64,000 nucleotides of DNA from IMG/VR virus record IMGVR_UViG_3300022305_000561; one strand, 5' to 3'. This DNA is from a virus (Duplodnaviria; Caudoviricetes). The position numbers were made by a program, and so were the translations under genes. Of this stretch, positions 33,867 to 43,650 are shown one piece after another (position 1 is the stretch's first letter; each line of letters opens with the position of its first letter). The notes beneath the pieces were generated by a model that was given only the letters and a program-made list of their open reading frames with translations, had not been told where the DNA came from and did not search any database.

Positions 33867-35348
33867 CTATTGAGGGTTTTGTTCTGGAGCAGGTTCTGGC
33901 TCCGCTTTGATTTGTTTATCAATTTCTTTGATTTCTTCATCAGTCTGCATCAATACATTCTTGCGAACCCAATTTATACTGTAATACTTACCAACAAACA
34001 TATCCATTGCGTTTAATGTAGCAAGACGGTTCTGCATAATCTCAGCATCTTTGAGTTCTGCATAATGGTTGTCTTGTTGAAATGTGTATTTGATGCCTTC
34101 TAGTATTTCTTCCCACTCATCCTCACGAATGATACCTTTCGATATCAATTGGATTCTAAGTATGCTTGAGAATAAACCAGAAAATTTATTTCTTAATCTT
34201 GAAATAAACTTTGAAAACTTAACTTCATCTCTTGTTATAGTAGATGATTGACCAATAGAGAATCCAGTATCAGGTCTTAACCTTGACATTGGTACACTCA
34301 AAGATTGGAATAATTTGTTTTGAAAATAATTGATATCTTCAATCTGACCTAAGTTTTGTGCCCCATCCAATGTAGATATCTCAGTTCCCTTTCCGCCTTC
34401 TCTTCTTGGCATCCAGAAATCTTCCATCATTGACAGGTGTTTCTTATCGTCTTTAATCTCACCAGTGTTTGCATCATAAACCAGTTTATTTCTAAACTTA
34501 TTCATAATGTCTTGCACATACTGTTCTGCTTTTACTTTAGGTAGATTGCCAACATCAATGTAAAATATTCTACGCTCAGGAGCTCTTGACACTCTGTAGA
34601 TTACCAAAGCATCCTCAATCATTTTTAGTTGATTGGTAGGTTTGATTGCTTTGTGAAGGTAACTTAATACCATTCCTGTATTTTGGTCTAACAATCCTGA
34701 ATTGCAATATGCAACCGAATCAACGCTTAACTTAACGCCTTGAGTAGTTCCAGCAGTCAATCCTTTATCATTAAACAAGTAATATTCATCAACTCCAAGA
34801 TTAATCTCAACGCCCGTTGGGGATTTGGATTTCTTTATTGATTTTATCTTTCTAATTTTTTGTGGTTCAATATACCTTAACTCAGATATGCCTGATTTCT
34901 TTGTGGCTTCATCTATAAGAATATTGTAATATAATCTTCCATCAATATACCAAGACCTGAATAGGTCGTGTCCTTTGTCTGAAAATTTCAATAATTTTAG
35001 TATTGCATTGAACTCATCAGTAACTTTAGTTTTGATAGAGTCTGAAATCTTTAAATCTTCAAGATTGATTTCTACAATAGGATTTATGCCATCAGAAACA
35101 ATAGCCTCATTAATGATATCTTGTACTGCTGAATCACAATCTGGATAATTGCAAGTGTCTCTATACTTTCGTATGAGGTCATTTTCATTTTTAAGACTTC
35201 CATCAAGGTCAACAGAAATACCATAATAGTTTGCAGCGGATACTAAAGTTGCACCATCATCTTGTGAGGGTGAAACTGGAGAAGCAACTGGCTTTTGATT
35301 TGATTTCTTTTTTGTTATATTGAAACCAAATATATCTAATGGATTCAT
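33867..35348 (-). CDS. 20: Portal protein gp20
   Basis: WYIDGR, EDALVIYRVSRAPERRIFYIDVGNLPK, EDFWMPRREGGKGTEI. Confidence 0.97.
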   Translation of the reverse strand: MNPLDIFGFNITKKKSNQKPVASPVSPSQDDGATLVSAANYYGISVDLDGSLKNENDLIRKYRDTCNYPDCDSAVQDIINEAIVSDGINPIVEINLEDLKISDSIKTKVTDEFNAILKLLKFSDKGHDLFRSWYIDGRLYYNILIDEATKKSGISELRYIEPQKIRKIKSIKKSKSPTGVEINLGVDEYYLFNDKGLTAGTTQGVKLSVDSVAYCNSGLLDQNTGMVLSYLHKAIKPTNQLKMIEDALVIYRVSRAPERRIFYIDVGNLPKVKAEQYVQDIMNKFRNKLVYDANTGEIKDDKKHLSMMEDFWMPRREGGKGTEISTLDGAQNLGQIEDINYFQNKLFQSLSVPMSRLRPDTGFSIGQSSTITRDEVKFSKFISRLRNKFSGLFSSILRIQLISKGIIREDEWEEILEGIKYTFQQDNHYAELKDAEIMQNRLATLNAMDMFVGKYYSINWVRKNVLMQTDEEIKEIDKQIKAEPEPAPEQNPQ

Positions 35349-35425
35349 ACTATTCCTATCATATTTAATTATTTTTATTTATATAATTAATTGGGTAGGA
35401 TCCTGAGACCCTACCCTATCATAAT

Positions 35426-36028
35426 TTAACGACTTAAATCACCTGCAAGACCAGCAACTGCCTTAACTGCATTAGCAGCAGCACCAACAGCACCAATTAA
35501 TGAGCCAGCACCTGTTGCAGGATTAGTTCCTACCCAGTAGTTGTATTGTAAAGTGACTGGAAATTCTTCAATTTGTTGACCATTTTCAAACGCTAAAGCA
35601 ATTTCACCAATATCAATAGGGTATGCATCGACAAAAGTATAATGCATCAATGGAAAACCATTTCTATCTAATTGTGTGACGTGCATTTGCATTTGATATG
35701 CACCTGGAGTCGTTGCTCCACCAATCATTGAAGGTAAATTAATAAGATCAATCCATTTTTCAAAAGCATTTCTGATTTTGAAATTGGTTTCATTTATGAT
35801 AGTAATTTGCCAAGGTTGATAAGTTCTTTCGCCAGCAAAGTTTACATTTTTACCACGATATGCAACTTCAATATTTTGAATTGCAGATGCAGGTAAAGAA
35901 GCCGCTTTACATAAGAATTTAAGTTCACGACCAGCACCACCAGTAGGGAAGTTGATAGTGACTTCAAACTGGTTTGCTCTAGCACCACCTGAACTTAAAT
36001 GTGCCTTAAAATCATTTATATTTGCCAT
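35426..36028 (-). CDS. 19: Tail tube protein gp19
   Basis: GGARANQF, CKAASLP, AGERTYQPW, QLDRNG, IEEFPVT. Confidence 0.95.
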   Translation of the reverse strand: MANINDFKAHLSSGGARANQFEVTINFPTGGAGRELKFLCKAASLPASAIQNIEVAYRGKNVNFAGERTYQPWQITIINETNFKIRNAFEKWIDLINLPSMIGGATTPGAYQMQMHVTQLDRNGFPLMHYTFVDAYPIDIGEIALAFENGQQIEEFPVTLQYNYWVGTNPATGAGSLIGAVGAAANAVKAVAGLAGDLSR

Positions 36029-36038
36029 TTATATCTCC

Positions 36039-37928
36039 TTATGCGCCAAGAGTTGAGAAACTTACTGATTGACGACCAGCAATAAAGTTCAATGTAATGT
36101 AATTAATTGAATAATTAGGTTTGATATAGATATCAGCAACAAAATTATTAGAAGAAATTACTTGGTCAGTGTTATTAGTTCCGTCACAAACAACTTGGAA
36201 GTCGTTGATCCCACGTCTACCTTGAATGTCTCTTAAGAATGGTTCAATAATATTCTTAAACTGTCCTCTTGTGAATGAATCGTTGAATTCAAACAATTGG
36301 AACTTAGCTGCAAGAGCAACTGATTTTTCAAGGACGATAAACAATCTACGAACACCAATTCTGTCAAAAGCAGATGGTTTAGCAAGAAGTGTTTTATCGC
36401 CATATAATACAACGCCTTGACCTGGAAATGATACAACAGGGTTTACGCCATTTAGATATAATGCATCACGATCTGCTTGAGTTGGATTAACAGCCAACTT
36501 AACAACGTTCTTAATTTGACCACGATTCAAACCACCAGGACTGAACCAAGGATCATTAGTAGCATCAGTTCTAGCACACAAACCAGCGATATCACCATTT
36601 AATGGAACATATAGATATTTATCGTTGTATCTGTCATATTGATATTTATAACCAGAATCTAATACAGCAAATGAACTAGAAGGTAATGAGTCTCTATATG
36701 CATTGATTAAATTGGTGGCAGCTGAACCAGAACCAACAATTACGTCACCAGAAGTAGTATTTTCAGGTGAAATAAACACAATCACATCTTTACGAGCTTC
36801 AGCAAACCCAACCAAATAGTTGGCTAAAGTTGAAGATGCTTTACCAGCCGCAACATAAGCAATTTGATAAAGTTCAGCATTACTTAATATACTTAAAGCA
36901 GCGATTTTATTTTGATCTGTTACAGTAAAATCATCAACACCACCTGTAAATGCCTTAGCATAAGGAGTGGATAAGTTGCTCAAAGTAGATACAGCAGTTA
37001 AAGTTGTTCCCCAACCAGTAGCGCCAGTTGGATTAGATAACCACCAAATGTAGTTAGAAGTCCCATTAAGCACATCTTTGTAGAAGTTATTAGTACCGTT
37101 TTCTGTCTTAGCGTTTGATGCTTTAGAAACAAATGCAAATTTTTCTAATATAGCACCAGGAGTACCTGTCCATTCACCATTAGCATCAACCACTACAATA
37201 TGAAGTTCATCTTTTTGAGTAGAACCTTTAGAAGTAGCAAAAGATGAAGTGCTAGGAGCAGATGTAAACAAAGATGCATAAACCCAATCTACAGTTACAG
37301 CTGCAGCTGTAATCAATACGGCTGAATTAGAAACAAAAGTAGCAATAGTATCGCTTGTGATAGAAGCAACAACACCTAATATAACAGTAGCACTACTAAC
37401 AGTAGCACCAACATATAAATCTGTTAAGAATGCAGTACCTGTACCAGTTAATGTTTTAGTAGATAAAGAAGTTGTTGCTGTACCAGCAAGTGCAATAGCT
37501 TTGAAAGTTGCGTTATCAGCAATTTGTATTTTAAGGCTATTACCTAATGCCCCAGGATACTTAGCAGCAAAGTTTTGAGTGTTAGTAGCATTCTCATTAG
37601 TAGTTGCATAATCAGAAGCATTATTGATTGCAAGTGCAGTACCATTAGATACAGCATTTCTTTGTCCAGAAGTTGAAACACGAATGTTTAACAAATTGCT
37701 TGAATAAGACAAGAAATTGGCTGCTGTTAAAAATGATTGAGCAGTTAGTTGGGTTGGTTTACCAAATAAGGAAACCAAGTTGTTTTCTGATGTAATGGTA
37801 GTTGGTTCTAAAACAGGACCCCAAGTATATGCACCAACAAATCCACAAGCAGACGATGCTATTGTTGGGACTATGTTGGTAAAATCTTTTTCAACTACCG
37901 CAACGCCAGGACTTAATTGTATAGGCAT
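36039..37928 (-). CDS. 18: Tail sheath protein gp18
   Basis: QLSPGV, WGPV, AKYPGALGN, YDRYND, PWFSPGG, GDKT, VRRLF. Confidence 0.97.
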   Translation of the reverse strand: MPIQLSPGVAVVEKDFTNIVPTIASSACGFVGAYTWGPVLEPTTITSENNLVSLFGKPTQLTAQSFLTAANFLSYSSNLLNIRVSTSGQRNAVSNGTALAINNASDYATTNENATNTQNFAAKYPGALGNSLKIQIADNATFKAIALAGTATTSLSTKTLTGTGTAFLTDLYVGATVSSATVILGVVASITSDTIATFVSNSAVLITAAAVTVDWVYASLFTSAPSTSSFATSKGSTQKDELHIVVVDANGEWTGTPGAILEKFAFVSKASNAKTENGTNNFYKDVLNGTSNYIWWLSNPTGATGWGTTLTAVSTLSNLSTPYAKAFTGGVDDFTVTDQNKIAALSILSNAELYQIAYVAAGKASSTLANYLVGFAEARKDVIVFISPENTTSGDVIVGSGSAATNLINAYRDSLPSSSFAVLDSGYKYQYDRYNDKYLYVPLNGDIAGLCARTDATNDPWFSPGGLNRGQIKNVVKLAVNPTQADRDALYLNGVNPVVSFPGQGVVLYGDKTLLAKPSAFDRIGVRRLFIVLEKSVALAAKFQLFEFNDSFTRGQFKNIIEPFLRDIQGRRGINDFQVVCDGTNNTDQVISSNNFVADIYIKPNYSINYITLNFIAGRQSVSFSTLGA

Positions 37929-37988
37929 GTTTCTCTCCATTGTGTTATGTTAATTAATTTCTAGTATTATTTATACTTTTATGAAACT

Positions 37989-39569
37989 CTAAAAATTGTA
38001 AAGGATCTCTGGATCACTTCCGTCATTATAAAAACCAAAGGGTGTCAACTCATCTTCTATCTGTTTTATCCTATTTTGATAGATAGAATATCTAAGGTCT
38101 ATGTTATTCAATTCTTTGAAATATGGTTGCCCTATTAACCAACCAAATAGGACTAATGTCATTACTAAGTCATCGTGATAACCAGCATCAGCAGCAAATG
38201 ACCCCTTTACTTCTATGAAAGTAGATAGTTCGGATATGATATCTGCATCAGGTATTATTAACTTCTGTTCTTCAACTAGCATTTTGAGTGATGTACACCC
38301 AATCCGTTTCACTTTCTTATCTGTGATAACTCCAACTTGGGCTTTACCTGAACCGAAACCACCTGTAATAACTTGTCCCTGCGTACTTCTATTTATATAT
38401 AAAATATTTTCATATTCTAAATCGTTTGATAGAATGTACCCTACTTGTTCGCCAACATTACCTTCAATCAAAACATAAGCATCATTATATTCTGTGCCTA
38501 TTTTGTATATGACATTAGGAAACAGTAATGGGCTTATGACGTTGTTCTTGTATTTGGCAACAACCCTATATGGTGTTTCTGTAATATCAATCAAGGTAAA
38601 TGCTGAATAATCTCCTCCAACCCCCTTTGCCACATCAACTACCATTGAATATACCCTATTTATCATAGGTCTTTCATACACATCTAAACTATCTTTCTGA
38701 TACACCGTTGGTGAGGCAGATAACCTAGCAAGGGCATCACTGTTTATTAGGGTTGATGATGAACCGAGGAAAGAACACAAAACTTCTTGGGTAAATTTGA
38801 GCTCACCAAGTAGTTCCTTTTGTTCTGCTGCCCATTTCTCATCTCTATTAGGATGTTCCCAATAGTTCACTCGAAAAGGAGTGAATCCATTTACATTTGT
38901 TTCAGCTTCATTCCAGAACTTCCAAAAGTGATTATATCCTAATGGAGTAGATGTAATCAATACCTTCGTAGTTTTACCTGATGAAATTGTAGGATATGTT
39001 GATGTGAAGAACTCATCGGCAATATTGTTGGGGATGATAGCTGCCTCATCAACATATAAAAAGTTGACAGACTTACCACGAATACCAGAGGCAGAAGTAG
39101 CAGAGGTGAATACCTTTGAACCATTCTCAAGTTCAATGTCACCTTTGTTCCAAGTTTTGATACCTTGTTGAAGGAAACTTGGAAGATACTCATACATTAG
39201 TTGATATCTAGATAAGATTTCTCGTGCTGCTGTAGCCTTATTAGCAAGGATAGCAACGGTCTTGTTCTCATTGAATATCGAGTAGTGCAAGACGTATGCT
39301 GCGGCAACTTGAGTCTTACCTTGTTGTCTAGGTTGTATTGAGATTATCCTATTTTCTTTATGGATAGTCTCAATAAACCTTTTCTGGTAATCATATAGTT
39401 TAAAGTCAATAAGACCCAAATCTAATGAAATAATCTTACAATACTTCTCTACAAAGTATATTGGGTCATTCTTACATAAAATGTACTCAGCAACCTGATC
39501 CTTTGTAAACTCTAAAGGAACATTGGAGGATTTGAGGTTTATGTTTGCATTATAAAATAGACTAGCCAT
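37989..39569 (-). CDS. 17: Terminase large subunit gp17
   Basis: PRQQGKT, LYVDEAA, STPLGYNHF, VDVAKGVGGDYS, HDDLVM. Confidence 0.97.
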   Translation of the reverse strand: MASLFYNANINLKSSNVPLEFTKDQVAEYILCKNDPIYFVEKYCKIISLDLGLIDFKLYDYQKRFIETIHKENRIISIQPRQQGKTQVAAAYVLHYSIFNENKTVAILANKATAAREILSRYQLMYEYLPSFLQQGIKTWNKGDIELENGSKVFTSATSASGIRGKSVNFLYVDEAAIIPNNIADEFFTSTYPTISSGKTTKVLITSTPLGYNHFWKFWNEAETNVNGFTPFRVNYWEHPNRDEKWAAEQKELLGELKFTQEVLCSFLGSSSTLINSDALARLSASPTVYQKDSLDVYERPMINRVYSMVVDVAKGVGGDYSAFTLIDITETPYRVVAKYKNNVISPLLFPNVIYKIGTEYNDAYVLIEGNVGEQVGYILSNDLEYENILYINRSTQGQVITGGFGSGKAQVGVITDKKVKRIGCTSLKMLVEEQKLIIPDADIISELSTFIEVKGSFAADAGYHDDLVMTLVLFGWLIGQPYFKELNNIDLRYSIYQNRIKQIEDELTPFGFYNDGSDPEILYNF

Positions 39570-39763
39570 TACATCCCTGAACGTTGCTTATCCATCTTAG
39601 TTTGCAACTTTGTTACTGCAACATTAGCACCAGTCAATCTTTTCTTGACTTTCTCGGTATCACCAGAAGCAGTCAACTCTTTTCTTTCTTCAGCACTTTT
39701 ATCAAGATACTTGTTTAGAGTTTTCTTTGATAGCTCGATTAAATAATCTTTAAACGTAAACAT
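39569..39763 (-). CDS. Small internal-head-protein-like ORF at the usual gp16 position
   Basis: N-terminus MFTFKDYLIE resembles the T4 capsid-targeting sequence; ELSKKTL..Y..K module shared with 32926-33858. Confidence 0.6.
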   Translation of the reverse strand: MFTFKDYLIELSKKTLNKYLDKSAEERKELTASGDTEKVKKRLTGANVAVTKLQTKMDKQRSGM

Positions 39764-39772
39764 TGTGTTTCC

Positions 39773-39827
39773 TTGACTTTTGTCTATTTCTATGAGATAA
39801 TATATCTGTAGTTGGGTTAAGTAGATT
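39773..39827 (+). promoter_or_regulatory. Antisense promoter element, paralog of 23830-23884
   Basis: TTGACT-N17-GATAAT followed by ATCTGTAGTTGGGTTAAGTAGATT. Confidence 0.6.
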
Positions 39828-39833
39828 AGTAGA

Positions 39834-40580
39834 TTAAAATTCTTCTAGCCAAGATTCTGAAGTAACTAACTTAGTTGTTACATTACCTATAGCTTCATAC
39901 TTAGCAAAGACTTCATTAGTATTAGCTTTGTTGATTATGTTAGGATGAACCTTAGTTATAATCTTCCTAATAGTAACTCCTCCAAACAGATTTACTTTCA
40001 ACGTAAAAGATAATGTATGAGTAACGAATCTTCTAGTTTGAAAATCACCATCATAATCATCTTGAACTGTTACACTATTTAGTATGATAGGTACGTCTTG
40101 AATGATACCCATATCTGGTATAGCATTGATAGAGATAGTATATTCAGGTGTGAATGTAGGGAGTATCTGTTCAATAATCTGAAGACCATCTTCTTGTGTC
40201 TTAGTCAGTATGTATAAAGAAATGTCTATGTTGTATGGTACAGGACTTTGTAATGTGCTAGAAGTATTTGCACCTGTATTATGCGTAATCTTTTGCATCT
40301 TATTGACTTTTCTGGAAGGATCATAACTATATCCAGTTATCTCAAATGCCATTCTTGGAAGAGTTGTGTATACGGTATTCTCAAGGCTTGGGTCTCCATC
40401 TATCCTTTGAACCCATTTTTCCTTGTTTGAATAAGAAAGAGGTATCTGAAGTCTTTGAACTGTAGTGCCTGTTACAGAATCACCTTGTTTACGATCAATA
40501 AAGATATCAGAGAATAAGTTACCAAATCCAACAATAACCTTTCTGATAGTGCCATTATAAAATGTCTGATTATTTAACAT
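39834..40580 (-). CDS. 15: Tail sheath stabiliser / terminator gp15
   Basis: FY..TIRK....FG.LF, LPRMAFE, PVPYNI, QIIEQILP.F.P. Confidence 0.95.
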   Translation of the reverse strand: MLNNQTFYNGTIRKVIVGFGNLFSDIFIDRKQGDSVTGTTVQRLQIPLSYSNKEKWVQRIDGDPSLENTVYTTLPRMAFEITGYSYDPSRKVNKMQKITHNTGANTSSTLQSPVPYNIDISLYILTKTQEDGLQIIEQILPTFTPEYTISINAIPDMGIIQDVPIILNSVTVQDDYDGDFQTRRFVTHTLSFTLKVNLFGGVTIRKIITKVHPNIINKANTNEVFAKYEAIGNVTTKLVTSESWLEEF

Positions 40581-41233
40581 TAGACTTCCCCAAAAGGATT
40601 TTGTTCAGAGAATACTATACCCGTTGATTGGGTCTTAAATTTGTTATTGTCACCAAATGAACTAGGTATATCAACATTAGCGTTAATGGTAGTTCCAAAT
40701 GATTTTAAGGTTTCAAAGGCATCTATCTCAGCAATTCCTGTATCTAATCTTTCAGAGGCATATTGGAACAATTCTACTTGAAGTTTATACACATACAGTT
40801 TTCCAAGTTGATAAAATGGGTCTTGATGTTTAACAAACTTGATTTCAAATAATGCCTTGGTCATTGGGTAGTATATAAGATCACCTTCACAAGGTCGATT
40901 AGGAAGTATAGTATTCCCTGTAGAACCTATCAGTTGATCCCATCTTCTTCTTGACACTACAAGAGTTGCTGACTGTTCCATCATCAAGCCAAATTTCTGG
41001 ATCATTGCTCCTTGACCATCAAAGTTATCGATGTTCTCAAAATACATTTCTATTGGATAACTATTTGTAAACCTAGATAATCTATCTTCACCTAGAATCT
41101 CATCCTTTGATATTAATGTTCTAGGGATATAGAACAAGTCTTGCCCATAGATTTTCATAGACTCAATAATGATGTCTTCCATCATATATTGTTCGTTGAT
41201 TGTTCCTTGAGAGAAATATACGTTTCTGGCCAT
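40580..41233 (-). CDS. 14: Neck protein gp14
   Basis: ESMKIYGQDLFYIPR, RPCEGDLIY, PFYQLGK, NPFGE. Confidence 0.95.
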   Translation of the reverse strand: MARNVYFSQGTINEQYMMEDIIIESMKIYGQDLFYIPRTLISKDEILGEDRLSRFTNSYPIEMYFENIDNFDGQGAMIQKFGLMMEQSATLVVSRRRWDQLIGSTGNTILPNRPCEGDLIYYPMTKALFEIKFVKHQDPFYQLGKLYVYKLQVELFQYASERLDTGIAEIDAFETLKSFGTTINANVDIPSSFGDNNKFKTQSTGIVFSEQNPFGEV

Positions 41234-41236
41234 GTT

Positions 41237-42202
41237 CTAACCTGTGAAAAATGATAATGGAGCAGACTTATTCATCAACTCATCTTCAAGGTCTTTAATT
41301 TCCCCAACAGATTCATCATACATTCCTTGACCATCAATTTGAACGCCCCCTGGAAGTAACATACCACTGAACTTCTTAAGGTTAATCCCCCATTGCCTTT
41401 TGAATAGACCTGTTGTATAATGTTTCAACCAAGGCTCAGACCAAACTTTATTATATTCTGTTGGGTCTAAGGCACGATAGCATTGAGCAACAACATATTG
41501 ACCAACATATATTTCAGTAGCCCAATCAATATCAAGGAACAACTTGCCTTGATATCTGTTGAATCTTATAGTGGGGATTCGGTTCAACTCAAAATTTACC
41601 ATATCAAGATAACTCATTGCTGTGGTATAATAGATCATTGATATAGAAGAAAGGTCAGCAAAACTATTCAGCCTCAGTTGATACTGGATATTATTGAATA
41701 GGTTTTGTGAGTTTTGGTAAGTATTACCAATGGGAAGGATATTGGTGATACCATAGACTAAATCAGGCACATTGATAAATTGATTATCATACACACCCTT
41801 TACTACTGGAATTGTACCAAGAACTGCTGAACGAGTTGGAGTTGTGATAGTTTCGCCAGCAACGAATGTGCCAAATATCTTATAAACTAAAAGAGTTGAC
41901 CCAGATGAAACAGAAGTGCCTTCGTGAGTAATAAGGGCAGTTGCGCCAGAAGTTGATCCAGTGACAGTTTCTATTAGGGTAAAACTACCAGCTGTTGCAG
42001 TTGTTAGATTAAGCCTTGAGGCTGTAATCAATTGCTTCATGTAGATTTGTTCAACACCATCAGAGTGATACTGTCTCCAGTATTCTAAGGCATCATCAAT
42101 TCTATCTTCTAATTGATCATCATCCACGTTTATTTCTAAAACTGGAGCACCAAGAGCACGAAGGCAGTATTGTTTCAGTTCTTCTCTACTATGAATTGCC
42201 AT
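41237..42202 (-). CDS. 13: Neck protein gp13
   Basis: LKQYCLRALGAPVLEINVDDDQLEDRID, KRQWG.NL.KF...LPGG. Confidence 0.95.
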   Translation of the reverse strand: MAIHSREELKQYCLRALGAPVLEINVDDDQLEDRIDDALEYWRQYHSDGVEQIYMKQLITASRLNLTTATAGSFTLIETVTGSTSGATALITHEGTSVSSGSTLLVYKIFGTFVAGETITTPTRSAVLGTIPVVKGVYDNQFINVPDLVYGITNILPIGNTYQNSQNLFNNIQYQLRLNSFADLSSISMIYYTTAMSYLDMVNFELNRIPTIRFNRYQGKLFLDIDWATEIYVGQYVVAQCYRALDPTEYNKVWSEPWLKHYTTGLFKRQWGINLKKFSGMLLPGGVQIDGQGMYDESVGEIKDLEDELMNKSAPLSFFTG

Positions 42203-42250
42203 ATTTAATTCCTATATTGATATGACAGTATTTATATAAATGATTTACTC

Positions 42251-42288
42251 ATACATAAAAAGGATAGGAGTTACCCTATCCTATGTAT
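42251..42288 (-). terminator. Terminator/hairpin after the tail fibre cluster
   Basis: AGGATAGG-N5-CCTATCCT inverted repeat with a T tract on the minus strand. Confidence 0.65.
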
Positions 42289-42293
42289 CAATA

Positions 42294-42446
42294 CTAGGGC
42301 TGTGTAGGCCAAACGATAACAGAAACCTTAGTAACTCCAGCTGGAGCAACCCATGTATATGTCCCACTAGAGGTATATGCTTGTTGACCAGTAACACTAG
42401 TAAAACTTCTTAGATTTTGAAAAGCACCTTGAAGAATACCACTCAT
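42294..42446 (-). pseudogene. 50-aa chimeric remnant (fibre-tip N-terminus + chaperone-like C-terminus)
   Basis: Hand translation MSGILQGAFQNLRSFTSVTGQQAYTSSGTYTWVAPAGVTKVSVIVWPTQP*. Confidence 0.55.
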
Positions 42447-43129
42447 GTTAAGCCACTCCCAGAGATCAACCACGTTGTCGCTGTTATTTTAATTGCAGTA
42501 GCTGAACCATACTGAGCTAGTGAACGTGTGCCTGTAGTACCAGCAGAACTTAAGTACATGGTGTCTGTAGTGATTGCAATACTGAGAACTTGTGAAGTCA
42601 TATTGATAAAAGTAATAGCTGTACCAATAGCATAAGCTACAGAGCCATTGGCAGGGATTGTAAACGTACGAGCATTAGCATCAGTTGATGGGTGGAAAAT
42701 GTGCTTACCAGAATCTGCCAAAACTAAAGTGTATGCTGCGCTCTGGCTGTTTTGGGGTATATTTAAATATCCAACGCTTGATGTACCGTTTACTGTACAG
42801 TTAATTAAGTTACCAGAAGTAGGTGTACCTAGTACAGGCGTGACAAGCGTAGGTGAAGTGGATAATACATTATCACCAGACCCAGTTGATGTGGTAACAC
42901 CTGTACCACCATTAGCAACAGCAAGCGTGCCAGCAAGTGTTACAGCACCAGTAGTTGCTGTAGAAGGTGTCAAGCCTGTAGTGCCTCCGTTGAATGATAA
43001 TACAGCCGTATCAGTAGTCAATAAAGTTCCAGATGTTGTTGGGGCAGTAATAACCACTGAACCCGCCACTGCAGGAGCTTGGATTGTTACTGTGCCAGAG
43101 GTATCTCCAGCGATTACTATGCTACTCAT
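42443..43129 (-). CDS. Tail fibre shaft/adapter protein
   Basis: GTLAVANGGTG, SPTLVTPVLGTP, YTLVLADSGK...WLISGSGLT. Confidence 0.7.
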   Translation of the reverse strand: MSSIVIAGDTSGTVTIQAPAVAGSVVITAPTTSGTLLTTDTAVLSFNGGTTGLTPSTATTGAVTLAGTLAVANGGTGVTTSTGSGDNVLSTSPTLVTPVLGTPTSGNLINCTVNGTSSVGYLNIPQNSQSAAYTLVLADSGKHIFHPSTDANARTFTIPANGSVAYAIGTAITFINMTSQVLSIAITTDTMYLSSAGTTGTRSLAQYGSATAIKITATTWLISGSGLT

Positions 43130-43642
43130 TTATGCGCTCCAAATAGCGGTTGGTATAGTTGCCCACGATTCAACCTCTAGAGGCGAATCAATGATGATCT
43201 GTCTGAGAGTTGCTCTATAGGTATCAAACTCTGACACATTCTGCAACTTTGATCTAACATCGACCAATGCTGAGAAATCTGATTCTGTCAGTAGTCGTTT
43301 TGCCTGAGCAACATTAGAATCTCTTTTGACTTGCTCGGATGCGGCAATGGCAGCACCCTCTTGTTCTGCTACAGTATGAACGACTGATTCGCTATCGGTG
43401 TATTCTTGGAACCTTGGAACTATGCTCCAAGTCTGTTCCCAGTTTTTCTTTTCTGATAGTGTAGGAGCAATCTCAATCAATCTTTGAGTATTTATATCAT
43501 ACACAGGCTGAGGCGAGATGAATACGTTTGCATACTCCGCAGGTGCTTGGAAGACTGTTGGGAATGAAGTATTTGGAAACAGATTTCTTATATCTTGTTC
43601 TGATACTGGGTATTCTTTTGTTTTGATTTTTATATAAGCCAT
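43130..43642 (-). CDS. Tail fibre assembly chaperone-like protein
   Basis: YPVS...FPNTSFP; LTESDF...YRATLRQI...W..IP; position after the fibre tip. Confidence 0.65.
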   Translation of the reverse strand: MAYIKIKTKEYPVSEQDIRNLFPNTSFPTVFQAPAEYANVFISPQPVYDINTQRLIEIAPTLSEKKNWEQTWSIVPRFQEYTDSESVVHTVAEQEGAAIAASEQVKRDSNVAQAKRLLTESDFSALVDVRSKLQNVSEFDTYRATLRQIIIDSPLEVESWATIPTAIWSA

Positions 43643-43650
43643 TTGTGTTC

